Of a stretch of 64,000 nt of DNA, positions 1-11,113 are shown in pieces. The stretch is from assembly GCA_046563655.1 (NCBI GenBank), contig CM102286.1:310001-374000 (forward strand). The letters run 5' to 3'. The stretch's first letter is position 1. Every line of letters starts with the position of its first letter. Source of the stretch: Yuukianura sp. NJ FZ-2021. Lineage: Eukaryota. A program made the translations under genes and the position numbers. The notes below the pieces were generated by a model. The model saw only the letters and a program-made list of their open reading frames with translations. It was not told the DNA's origin and ran no database searches.

Positions 1-89
1 AACTCTAATTCATTTCTTCATGTTTATTCAAAACAATTCTATTTGTTTCATGTTCAAAAAAAAACCATGTTGAATTTGACATTATCTTT

Positions 90-548
90 TCACTCACTAT
101 CCGAATAATACGTATAGTAGTAATCAAAGAGTTGTGGATGTGATAGTGAAGATTTACAGTCCAAGAGGGTTAGCTCATTGTTGATATAATCATGGTATGA
201 ATTATCAAGCAGCTCAGCCAAGCAGGTAGTAGTTACAGCATGATCAGAGGATTTTCCAAAAATTGCAGTTGCTAAGTCATCAAACTTGCTGCCAAAGAAT
301 TGAATAAGGTAGAGACGAAAGTATTTCTGCCATTCTCTTTGAGTGTTCTGAAATAAAATGTTAGATTGCTGTGAAAGAAGTACTCGAGCGGCAGAAAGTC
401 GAACACAATTAAAGAAGAAAACACGAGCGTATTCCCAGTTTTGGATCTTTGCAGAATCAGTAAGTGGATATGTGTGCTTTATTTTCTGAAATACTTTTCT
501 AATTATCTTAACAACACATTTGTCTGACGGAGAACCGTATGGTGCCAT
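90..548 (-). CDS. Hypothetical 152-aa protein
   Basis: ATG-initiated ORF tandem to 752-1264; no recognised domain. Confidence 0.35.
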   Translation of the reverse strand: MAPYGSPSDKCVVKIIRKVFQKIKHTYPLTDSAKIQNWEYARVFFFNCVRLSAARVLLSQQSNILFQNTQREWQKYFRLYLIQFFGSKFDDLATAIFGKSSDHAVTTTCLAELLDNSYHDYINNELTLLDCKSSLSHPQLFDYYYTYYSDSE

Positions 549-751
549 TTTTTCCTCCTAAGTCTGATTTTTGGTATTTGGATTTGACTTTTTGTTGGGA
601 ACTGACTCGGTACTAGTCCACTGACTCCATTTATAAACATGCTGAAAGAGGGCGGGGAGTGAATGCTAACTTCTCAAGCGACACCTAAAAATTCAGAAAA
701 AAAATTAACTTGCAGAATTAACAAAGAAACTTATTTTTGTACCTTACGACG

Positions 752-1264
752 TCATTGGTGATTAAGATGTTCTAGAATGATCTCCTTCCATTTTTTGGTT
801 GATTTTATCATCATAAACACAAAGTCTGCAAATATACGTTTTATGTCAAAAATGTTCACGCCAAAGTTTGCAACACAGTGTCGTGCAAAGTCGTCAGCGA
901 TATTTCTTGCATCCTCAGAAGCCATGCATATTATAGTATGCATGGCTTTGGTTGCCTGTGTTGAGCTGTCAAACTGCATGACGGGAGCTAGCACATGTCC
1001 CTCAAAAATAATGCCAGCGCCAACTTTCGTGCAACATATTTTGAAGTAATCGGTGAATTCTGAAAATGCCCTTTTCAGATGCATCCTTTGGGGCCCGCTC
1101 AGTGTCCAACACCACTTTTCGTAAAGTTCATCGTTAAATATAATTAACTTTGTTGGTTCACCTACTGCACTTTCGATAAGTTTTAAAATTTCTTTAGAGT
1201 CGGTAAGACTGGTTTCACCAATCTTTGCCGCGCCGTCTGGTGTGCTGATGGAGTAGGAGTTCAT
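752..1264 (-). CDS. Hypothetical 170-aa protein
   Basis: ATG-initiated ORF with protein-like composition in an AT-rich background; no recognised domain. Confidence 0.4.
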   Translation of the reverse strand: MNSYSISTPDGAAKIGETSLTDSKEILKLIESAVGEPTKLIIFNDELYEKWCWTLSGPQRMHLKRAFSEFTDYFKICCTKVGAGIIFEGHVLAPVMQFDSSTQATKAMHTIICMASEDARNIADDFARHCVANFGVNIFDIKRIFADFVFMMIKSTKKWKEIILEHLNHQ

Positions 1265-1803
1265 TTTGTTAGACTGATGAACGTAAGGAAATCCAAAAGT
1301 TCCTTATAAGTCATTTTTAAATTGAGTTAACTGCATGATCTTCAGCAGAGAATATCTCTAAGTCACCAAATCCCACAAGTTTTTAACTGGTTAAATTAAA
1401 AACCTCTGGAAGATGTCCTTTTGCCTTTTTGCGTTTGCCTTAATGTCTCACTTTTTAATTGAGTTAATTAAAATGAATTCAGTAAAGTTAAAAAGTCCAC
1501 CAAAATCCCGTAGGATTTAGATTATTATAGCCTTGAGACAAGTCTCCTAATTTCTGAGTTTTTAATTGTCTTAATCAGTGACTTCAGCAAAATCGCCTAA
1601 AATAATTGTTGTGAAAGCCATTGCGTCTACCAATGAAATTGTGGTCAACTATGGCGAAGACGTTAGACCTACACAAAACGACATTAGGTGTCAACGCTTT
1701 ATTACTTAAGTCAAGTTGATCCATCTCCAACACATTTGATTTTGACACTGTAGACATTCACTATACTTTGTCATTTCAAAATTCCGAAGTCTCAATTTTG
1801 TCC

Positions 1804-2190
1804 ATGCTAGCAATGGAACAAGGAATTATTTCCGCAATTCTTGCTCTTCAAGAGGAATTAGTTCAGTTACGAATGCAACTGAGAGACACCACTAGAGACC
1901 TTTATAACACCAAGGAATCACTTTACAAACTGAGAACTGTAGTCTTAGAAAAAGAGAACGAAATTACAGTTTTCAAGCAAGAGTAAGCATTTCCATTGTA
2001 AGTGGCGTATGTATTGTCTATATTTTTTTTTATTTACTTTGTTAGAATCCTGAAACTTGAGGATGAATTGAAAAATGAGAGGAATGCAAGCGAGATGTGG
2101 ATTAAGGATGCAGGAGATGTGTTTGCAAAACTTTGTGAAGTGATACAGACTCCACGCATTTCACAAGCAACCATGAACCCATCTACATGA
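1804..2190 (+). CDS. Small two-exon coiled-coil protein (~107 aa), unknown function
   Basis: Exons 1804-1982 and 2046-2190 are joined in frame by a GTAAG...TTAG intron. Heptad pattern in ILALQEELVQLRMQLRDT...LEDELKNER. AATAAA at ~2271. Confidence 0.55.
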
Positions 2191-2447
2191 GCATTTTTGA
2201 AGCTTGTCAATTGAATTACACGTAATTGTTCCACAATTATGTAACACCTTTTCCCAAAAAACACAATCTGAAATAAATAAACTCCTATCTGTATACAATC
2301 GGCAAAGCAAAGCAACAAGATTTTGTTTTCACTAATTTATTGAATTTACTTTTCCATTATTAGTAAGACATTCTTATTGCAAAAAAAAAAAGAACTTCCA
2401 GACAGCGGATGTCTGCGGTTTTACATGACTGAGAAGCTGAGTTGTGT

Positions 2448-2508
2448 CTTGTGAATAGAAATTGCGCAACTTGTGAATAGAAATTGCGCGACTTGTGAAT
2501 AGAAATTG
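2448..2508. repeat. 22-bp tandem repeat, about 3 copies
   Basis: CTTGTGAATAGAAATTGCGC(A/G)A at 2448 and 2470, partial at 2492. Confidence 0.9.
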
Positions 2509-3053
2509 AGGTCTTAAGTTTTAATTACCATATTCGCAAAATAGCTCTTGGGGTTTGGTGCAGGGTCTTGCAAAACCTTATGAGGTTTTTGCGGTTTTTC
2601 GCACGAGATTCCTATTCCCCCTTCTACTATGCCCGCTTTTCCTTAAAACCCGAAATTCGGAAGGAGCTTACATGTGCTCTTTCACTGGTCGGAGCATTTA
2701 CTTTCCCATGCGACTTGCTCCACTTTCTCTCCATTCAGACAGGAAATCTACCATTTCCAAAACTGCCACGCTTTTCACTACACGCATTTGACACAACTAT
2801 TTTCAACTTACGCCTGTTTTCTCTGCATACCAAACAGGGGCAAATTGAGTTGGAGAATTCGGGGATGCTCAAAATGAAAAACGAGCAACAGTTTCTCAAA
2901 TTCTCTGCTTTCCCTACAGAAATACTTGACTTGTGTGACAAACGCTGAAACGCGTTTGAAATTTTTAAAAAAATTATACGATTCGCAGTGAGCTTGATGG
3001 TTGAGACTCTCAACTTGAGAGACTATAATAGCAATGACAGCCAGAAAAAAAAG

Positions 3054-3123
3054 GAACCGAGAGGGACTCGAACCCGCATCTCTACAATCCGGGAAGAGCT
3101 CTAGCCAGTGAGCTACATCGTTC
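3054..3123 (-). mobile_element. tRNA-derived SINE-like / pseudo-tRNA copy
   Basis: The reverse complement has an A box (TAGCTCACTGG), a B box (GGTTCGAGTCCC) and a downstream T-run. It shares the TTCCCGGATTG core with the other copies. Confidence 0.7.
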
Positions 3124-3668
3124 TTTTGGTGAATTCATAGCAAAGGTAAAGCAATCCTTGACCTTTTGCATGGCAGAGATTGCACAGGTCAACTGCAGAT
3201 GATGAAGTGATATCAATTGAAGTGGTGCTATAACTTATGAGTAGGAGTGACTGAGGCCAGTGGGATTCGAACTGGCGACCATGACAAAACAATATTTTGC
3301 TGCGTTGGTAGAAAGAAAAAGAATAAAAGCCTATCTATATTTCTTTTTAATAGAAGAAAAAGAAATTCAAAGGAGTGGAATCGGAGCAGAATTAAGCCAC
3401 GTTCTTAGCAAAACTTTTTTTTCTTGTCACAAAGGAAATTCTAGTTTTTCCAACTTATGAAAAAACTGATCCACAATTTGTCGGTTCAGTGCACAAAAAT
3501 AATTGCGAACACAATGCAAAAGCAAAAAAATAACTTTTTTTCCATCTGGACCTAAAAGAGTGCTTTTTTTTAAACTAAAAATAAGTCTTAATTGAATGTC
3601 GTTTTCAAAATTGTTTTATTTCTACCAAAATATTTTCAAAAAACTAAAAGTTCAAATTTTGAAATCGA

Positions 3669-4991
3669 TTAGTATGTGGCCTCCAGACGTTTGTCCCAAA
3701 ATTGTTTCGCAGTCATGGCGCGAAAGTTTTGTCCAAAGTTGTAGTAAGTGTTAGACTTCAGTGGTGACACGACGTAGTTGTCGTCAGTTGACACAAAAAA
3801 TGCAAGTGACATGCGACTTGTTCTGCGCAGTAGCTCTTCCTCCGGAACCAAAACGCGATGAGGCTAGAAGTTAAAAAAGAAAGTTTCAAATTATGAAACC
3901 GAAATGTTAAATAAGTAAAAATATTGAAATATTTAAGAAAATTGTTGTAATATAATAATTTTGAACGAGTTTTTACTGTAGCTCTGAAGCGTCCTTTAGT
4001 CCACATCTCCATGAAATCTCCCAAATTGACCAGAATTGCATTTTGTACTGGAGTTGCAGGAATCCATTGCCCCTGTGTATTCTGAACTTCCAGTCCACCA
4101 ATCATATCTTGGAACAGAAGTGTACAAACACCTGTAAAATAGCTAAAACATTTTAGCAATTAGCAATATTAGCAACATTTTAGCAATGTCACACACCGAA
4201 GTCTGTGTGTGTGCCGCAACGTACAGCTCCTTTTGGAATTTCAGAAAAGTCGCTGATTGGTGGATACCGCTGAAATCTTAAAGTGGTTTGATTCTGGATC
4301 GACGGATCGAACAACCCGATACTCGAGTTGACAAAATAATCTTCATTCGGCATTCCGAGAGCAATGGCAAACACTTTTAGGAGTTTCCGAGTCAACTGAC
4401 TACATTCCTTAAAAAGTGCAAAAAAGGAGCTGCGCATATCTGGAAGGTTTTCTGGAAACTCCTGCGTACTACCAAGTCCAACTATGGCAAAACTCTCACG
4501 CAACTCCGTAGGAGATGCCGGATTTAGCCTCAAAGTTCAAAATTTTATGGTGTTTAAAATTAAAAAAAATTTCTTAAGTTAAATTTTCATTTTTTTTTTA
4601 ATTTTTTGAAATTGCTCACAGTTGTTGTCCGATTTGTGAGTATCCGCCAAATTCATTCTTGGCAACGATTTTGAAAGCATCTTTTTGAGACTGCGGAAGT
4701 GCAAAATATTTAGTAGCTTCTCCAAACGCACGTTCAATCTAGTAATTACAAAAAAGTAAATTAAAAAAAAATGTAAAAAATGACAATTTTTTAATTTTGT
4801 TGAATAATTATTTTTGTGAAACGTTCGAATTAATGTACAATTTGTGTTGGAATGCCATGATTGAAGATATGTAAAAATCCAAGTCCAGCGCATGCGTCGT
4901 TCACTTCTGCAGCAACTTTTAGCCAGTCCTCCCGTGTCGCTTCCTCTTCTACTAAAATTCTGCTAAAATCAATCTCACAGATTTTATCCAT
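3669..4991 (-). CDS. 2-oxoglutarate/Fe(II)-dependent dioxygenase (DIOX_N + 2OG-FeII_Oxy, isopenicillin-N-synthase-like fold), ~317 aa, 5 exons
   Basis: Exons 4839-4991, 4620-4738, 4197-4528, 3977-4131, 3669-3863 (954 nt, phases consistent). Motifs: IDFS, ACAGLGFLHIFNHGIP, LRFQRYPP, RCGTHTDFGVCTLLFQD..GGLEV, VNLGDFMEMWTKGRFRATPHRV and RMSLAFF, giving the HxD...H iron triad and the RxS co-substrate motif. Confidence 0.9.
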
Positions 4992-6445
4992 AACTTTTGT
5001 ATTCTAGGCCGGAATTTGAAAGTGAAATATTTGAAAGGAACAGTTTTCAAAATGTTTCTTCAAAAACTGCAGTCGAATCTGCTGCACTTTAATCAAATTG
5101 TTTGGTCTGTTCTACACACAAGTTAGTGTTGTCTCCACATTCAATGTCAAAACTTTGATAAGAAAAAATGTCGATCTACTGTTTACGCAGATAAATGTTG
5201 TTTCTTCCTTGTTTTTAAAATAGATTTTTTGTTCAAAATTGACCTTAGCGGAGTACATAGCAAATTAAGCTTCGGAAAACATACATGGGCACTTTTCTTT
5301 TTTGTTAGCATAGTTGGGCATTATGTTTTTGCGTATTCTGTTGTTTTTGTGTGTGTTGCATTGTAGGAGATTCAATTGATTTCTAACTTTCTCCTCCTCC
5401 ACTTTTCCTAATTTGTATTGGTAAGATTCAATTTTCCTTCCAAAGCTATTTCCAAGTCCCCGTTTTTCGTTTTGCGTGTTTGTAGTGATTAGTTTCTGAG
5501 CTCCTGCAACCCATAGCATCACAAAAAATGTTAAGGATTTTGGGATTTTTTTTTGGAAAAGTCCATCTGACCATCCAAGTGGAAAAATGCTCAACTACTA
5601 AGATCTTTGAGCATTTTTGTGGGAAGATGTGAGAAATGAGGTCATGATGATAGAAAATTAATCGGAGGTCGAGATCTCTCCAGACGCTTGAAAAGAGTCC
5701 TGCTCCCCCCAACTGGATTAAGTGCCCGTCCACTTCCATCTCCACCACTTTTTAGTAGAAAGTAGAGACAGTCACGAGTGTTGTTCCTACTAAAGTCCAC
5801 CACTTGACCAAATTCAAACTTGCCGCCAGTGGGAGTTTGGCCACTTTGAGACACTTCCGTTGGAGTGACATTGGAGATGGTCCGAGGGGGCCCTCAAGGG
5901 GTCTCATCTTCTCTATCTGATTAGACGCGATCTGTCCAATGTCCACTTGACACGTTTCAGGATCCAATTTCTCCACAAGATGCTGGTGTCACAGCATAAT
6001 CCAACACTTTCCTACTTTTTCTACGTTTACCTTAGCTTTTTTATATGTTAGTTTTTCAGTTTTTGAATTTGGCGCCAAGTACTACAGGAAAAAAAATTAA
6101 CTAATTTTGGGGGCAAAATATTATATTATTTCCGGTTACAGCTCTTGTACAGCCATCTTGTTTTCCTTTTAGAAATGGCAGTTCTTGAATCAGATTCTGG
6201 CAGAAATTTTTGAAAATTTGTGTGAAATTTGTTCTGTAAAAACGCAAATTTTGAAAAATGGATTGTTCTTTTCAGATAAAGTGTGAAGCTGGTCGGCATA
6301 AATCAATGGCCTAAATATTTTAGCATCATTTTTGAAACGCATTGTTCCGAAAAACTTTTTTCTTGGTTCGTGAACAAGAGTTTCTGAAAATCTTGTTTTT
6401 TAGAAAAAGAAAGATTGGGTGGCGATGTTCTGCATGCGAAATGGG

Positions 6446-6805
6446 AATTTGACGTGTCTAACTTGACTCGAAATAAAAAAGTCTTCTTTATTTCTTCATT
6501 TTTTTTACTTTTTCAAAAACTCAAAACCTATTTCCTTCCGTGTTTTTGTTTCAGAACCAAAGCGGAAGTTTTTCTGCGGTCAAAACGAGGCCATTGATTT
6601 TATGATTTGGACTCCGGAAAACACAAAACTCAACAGTTTTTCTGAAGTGAAATTTTAGGTCAGAGTTCAGCCGATAAAGTTTTTATCGATGTTGGTTAGG
6701 CTACTCAGCTTTAGCGGAATTTTTAGAAACTTGTAAAGTGGAAGTTAAAATCAAAACTTTGGCGCTGTGTACAAAGCATTTCTTATTGTGCAGTCATTTT
6801 CAGTT
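6446..6805. repeat. Upstream block duplicated in inverted orientation at ~34855-35214
   Basis: AATTTGACGTGTCTAACTT...GCGGAAGTTTTTCTGCGGTCAAAACGAGGCCATTGATTTT...GTGTACAAA aligns by eye with the reverse complement of 34855-35214. Confidence 0.85.
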
Positions 6806-7164
6806 AGTCTTTTTAAAAAGGTGTTTAAAGAACGTTGAAATTTTTGGTTTCTACTTAATTGAACACGAACAATTTTAATTTGAACATTCAATTCGTATTT
6901 AAGCTCCACACTATTGTACTGAAGCTTACAATTAGTCAACCGTTTTTTTTTAATTATGATATTCAACATAAGTTTTCACACGAAAGCAGACTAAGATAAA
7001 GCAAACATCTTCCGATAGAAACTTTTTTTTTGCATGTTTCAAATCGTCTTGGTTCTATTTTTGAATACAAATACAAATTCGTCAGTGAATACAAATTCAC
7101 TATTACGAAGGAAAAGCCATTACAGTTATCCCAAATTAGTTTTTAGTTCTCTGGGGACAAAGCT

Positions 7165-7231
7165 GTTCTAGCCTTGAACACGAAGGCCAATGACAAATTC
7201 TGAGTCACTTGTACCGGAGTGATCTTGGAAA
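7165..7231 (+). promoter_or_regulatory. Conserved proximal upstream element of the IR-like genes (contains CCAAT)
   Basis: CGAAGGCCAATG and the sequence up to the ATG recur upstream of all three copies (~7181, ~34482-34493 rc, ~35366-35377 rc). Confidence 0.45.
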
Positions 7232-7643
7232 ATGTATCGCATAATATTTCTCGTTGTTTTAGCAATTGAAACTACAATTTTGCCTTCATCCTGCTCCGTA
7301 GTCAGTTTCTCTACTGCCCTTGTTAAGGACTTTGACAACTGCGACAATTTCATTTTCTTTTTAGAAAATAACACTAACAAAGTACTTGACTTTAACCAAC
7401 TGACACGATCACCAGTTACGCTAATTTCTTTAGGTCATAACAAAAGTGATGAAGCTACTACAATTGAGAAGTTAAATTTGACACGGTATTCACGCAGACT
7501 CGTGTGTCATCTAAACGTGATTCAGTTGTATCCGACGGAAAGCTGGAGCCGACAATTGCACTCTGATCTCCACTGGATGTATACCTGCGAGTACACGAAT
7601 ACACGAGTTGGTATTCCTTATTGCCACGGTGTTGCATCTCATA

Positions 7644-8986
7644 CCGCCTGCTCACCTGCCAACTTTAAAAACTTTTTTTCCCTCCCTCCCCTCCCACCCC
7701 CAATTCTGATTTTAGCCAAGCGGCAGCTACGCTCCGCGAGACTACTGGCACTTTTCGAGCTCCGTTGCCAAATTCGACTTTTCTAACCTAAACTAAAGTA
7801 AATTCAATTCAAACCAGTGTAATAATTAACCCACTATAATTAATTAATGTTTAAATTAACCTAACATAGTTAATTAGTGTAATAACTTATCCTAAAATAA
7901 ATTTAATTATAAATTATTATGAATTGACCTAAAATTAAAACAAACTAACCTTTTTTGAACTAATTTTGAACTTTTTTTTTTAATTTTGAACTTTTCCCAA
8001 AATTTTGAACTTTTTTCAAAAATTTTAACTTTTCCCAAAATTTTGAACTTTTTTCAAAAATTTTAACTTTTCCCAAAATTTTGAACTTTTTTAAAAATTT
8101 TGAACTTTTTCCAAAATTTTGAACTTTTTCAAAATTTTGAACTTTTTCAAAATTTTGAACTTTTCCCAAAATTTTGAACTTTTTCAAAATTTTGAACTTT
8201 TCCCAAAATTTTTAACTTTTCCCAAAATTTTGAACTTTTTTCAAAATTTTTAACTTTTCCCAAAATTTTGAACTTTTTCAAAAGTTTTGAACTTTTTCAA
8301 AGTTTTTAACTCTTCCGAAAATTTTGAACTTTTTTTTTCAAAATTTTTAACTTTTGTCAAAAGTTTTGAACTTTTTCAAAGTTTTGAACTTTTTCAAAGT
8401 TTTGAACTTTTTCAAAGTTTTGAACTTTTTCTTTCAAAATTTTGAAAAAAGTTCAAAATTTTGGGAAAAGTTCAAAATTTTGAAGAAAGTTAAAAATTTT
8501 GGGAAAAGTTCAAAATTTTGAAAAAGTTCAAAATTTTGAAAAAGTTCAAAATTTTGGAAAAAGTTCAAAATTTTTAAAAAAGTTCAAAATTTTGGGAAAA
8601 GTTAAAATTTTTGAAAAAAGTTCAAAATTTTGGGAAAAGTTCAAAATTAAAAAAAAAAGTTCAAAATTAGTTCAAAAAAGGTTAGTTTGTTTTAATTTTA
8701 GGTCAATTCATAATAATTTATAATTAAATTTATTTTAGGATAAGTTATTACACTAATTAACTATGTTAGGTTAATTTAAACATTAATTAATTATAGTGGG
8801 TTAATTATTACATTGGTTTGAATTGAATTTACTTTAGTTTAGGTTAGAAAAGTCGAATTTGGCGACGGAGCTCGAAAAGTGCCAGTAGTCTCGCGGAGCG
8901 TAGCTGCCGCTTGGCTAAAATCAGAATTGGGGGTGGGAGGGGAGGGAGGGAAAAAAAGTTTTTAAAGTTGGCAGGTGAGCAGGCGG
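7644..8986. mobile_element. Non-autonomous foldback-type DNA transposon (long TIRs plus inverted minisatellite arms), TA target-site duplication
   Basis: Ends are CCGCCTGCTCACCTGCCAAC and GTTGGCAGGTGAGCAGGCGG, with TA at 7642-7643 and 8987-8988. About 320 bp of near-perfect unique inverted repeat runs into 18-19-bp TTTTGAACTTTTTCAAAA-type arrays that flip orientation near 8440. Confidence 0.92.
7960..8670. repeat. 18-19-bp minisatellite arrays in inverted orientation inside the foldback element
   Basis: Repeated TTTTGAACTTTT(T/C)CAAAA on the left arm and its reverse complement on the right arm. Confidence 0.9.
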
Positions 8987-9512
8987 TAGCATTTGGATCC
9001 ACGAAGAGTTGTTGCCAGCGAAGCTTGGAAACCGTTCTTTGTACACGTTTCAAACTCATCATCAGGTTCAAGCAATAAATTCTACTTATAGAATACATAT
9101 TAGCGTGAATCATTCCTGTGAGACCACAGTGACAGCCGTTGTTGCGGAACAACTGATATCAAATGCCTCAATTCGCCATTTTTTGGAAATACTGCACGAT
9201 TTTACCATGAGTGAATATATGTGCTACTACATGTTCACGCTTAACACTGATTTATATATTAGAAATGTGGACGTCGACAAAAACAATCCAAACAGAGATG
9301 AAGTCATTTTGAACCAAATATTCGAACGTCAAAAGCATAATCAAACGAAAGTTATTTTCGAAAGCCCCAGTTGGTCAACGTTCATCATTTCAATTTCTCG
9401 CGGGACAGCATTGGACACTACGGATACAGTTAGAGTTATTAAGGACTACAATGTTGCAGAATTGCCGAGCATGTTTAATTATGGGAAGAATGGAAGGAAC
9501 TACCACTATGTT

Positions 9513-9886
9513 CAAAGAATAGCCATAAGAGGTAGAAAGGCCAAAGGGTGGAGAAAAGTGTTTATGAATACTTTCTCTTCCCCTCAGCTCCCCCCCTCTC
9601 CAATGTTTACTCGGCCTCACGAGTTTCGCCGAAGCCGTGAGATTTGGATGAGTGGGGTTTTCAGTGGGGTGACCGCTGGTATAGCTTAGGTGTAATGTGG
9701 AGTGATTTCTCTTCCCGCCATCACCTGATATATGGGGATATACGGACTCAGACTCGTACGATTTGATTGGCGGTTGGATTCAGACTCATAGAGCCTGATT
9801 GGTTCCATATCTAAACCTATTCATAAAAACTCTATGACGTGGGGGTGCATTAGTTTGGCCTTTCTACCTCTTATGGCTATTCTTTG
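9513..9886. mobile_element. MITE, 374 bp, 33-bp perfect TIRs, 9-bp target-site duplication
   Basis: TIR CAAAGAATAGCCATAAGAGGTAGAAAGGCCAAA at 9513-9545 and its reverse complement at 9854-9886. TSD CACTATGTT at 9504-9512 and 9887-9895. Confidence 0.93.
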
Positions 9887-11113
9887 CACTATGTTACAAG
9901 GGAAACACAATTCAAATTGATAGCATGCGATGGAGCACATCTCTACTTTTCACTCCAATTTTACTCCCAACCGCTAAATGCCGACGTTTGGTTAAGTTGC
10001 CTCATCACTCTGATTGCCGTGTATCTCTTGGTGGAGTTTTGGTTTCGGTTTGATGGAGTAAGATCTATCTCGTCCTGGATGCTTTTGTCTACCATTGTAT
10101 TTGAGCAAGAACTCAAACTGCCGAAGTCTAAACCTCGAAGATGGATTTTCCACATTTTCGTATTCACGTTGGTTTTCGGTTGTTTTCACTTAACAAACGA
10201 CTACCGTGGAATGGTTACAACTGATCTCACGGCTCCTCTGCCTTCTCAGACAGTTGAAACTGTAGATCAAGCAGTCCAGCTAGAATTCAAAATACTGACT
10301 GACATGACACGGTTATATCTGCAAGGTTACACAGCAAGGAGATTGAGAACTTTAAATTTCCGCGAACTCATTCACTTCGTAGGTACGCAAAGAGTCAACG
10401 CATTCTTAACTGAGATATACAACACCTTGAAATACAATACGGTCGGCAAAGGCAATTTGACAAAACAAAGATATGAGAGTTGGATGGGAAGTATGCGTTT
10501 TGAATTTACCGACAACTACTACGACACTCTCTTGCAGGATTTTATACGATGCGACAAGAGAATTTTCATAGGCGACATGGCGGAGTTGACCAAGTTTTAT
10601 CTGAAAGCGTATCGCCTGAACCCTTCAATAGAAATCTACTATGGAAAAGAATCTTTGTTAAAAGGAACTTTAGGCTGGACCATCTACTCAATGGACGAAG
10701 ACAAAGATGAGCGATTCCACATTCGGTTTTTGGCACTTCAACATTCTGGAATTATGCAACAGAAATACTATGGAGGAAAATTCAACGTCGTTCTGGAGGA
10801 TTTCATGCATCGGACATTCAAGTACGCTCCACTCAACTTGCAAAACAGCATCACTTCACTCTTTTTCGTCTTTGGAGCATGCGTATTCCCCTCTGCTTGC
10901 GGATTCATTTATGAACTAGTGCTCAAGTGGTACTGTTCCCTAAAAATAATTTGGCAAAGTGTGAAGCCTTAAAATATTTGCGAGGAAAAAAGGTAATTCT
11001 AACGATGTAACATTCGTAGCACAAGAAGTTTTTTTTTTTGCTATTTGAATTTACGTATAATAGAAATGTACACAATGAGTTTTTCAGCGTATATGCTCTA
11101 CTTCGATTTTAAA

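Larger units (their letters stand above)
7232..10972 (+). pseudogene. Paralogous ionotropic-receptor-like gene disrupted by two transposon insertions
   Basis: Segments 7232-7643, 8989-9512 and 9896-10972 join into an uninterrupted 2013-nt (670-aa) ORF colinear with the 32421-34442 protein. It is split by the insertions at 7644-8986 and 9513-9886. Confidence 0.88.

Noticed and set aside
5446..6460. Overlapping short ORFs and possible exon-like segments between the dioxygenase and the IR-like gene
   Set aside because: I could not build a consistent spliced ORF or recognise a domain. It may be a decayed gene or TE.
7960..8723. ORFs 7960-8187 and 8499-8723 (KVQNFEK repeats), and 8844-9152
   Set aside because: These are translations of the minisatellite and TIR of the foldback element, not genes.
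7644..9900. The two insertions acting as spliceable introner-type introns that rescue the IR-like gene
   Set aside because: The foldback element has no GT at its boundary. For the MITE, the donors I tested (9510, 9532) with the AG at 9899-9900 both give frameshifts.
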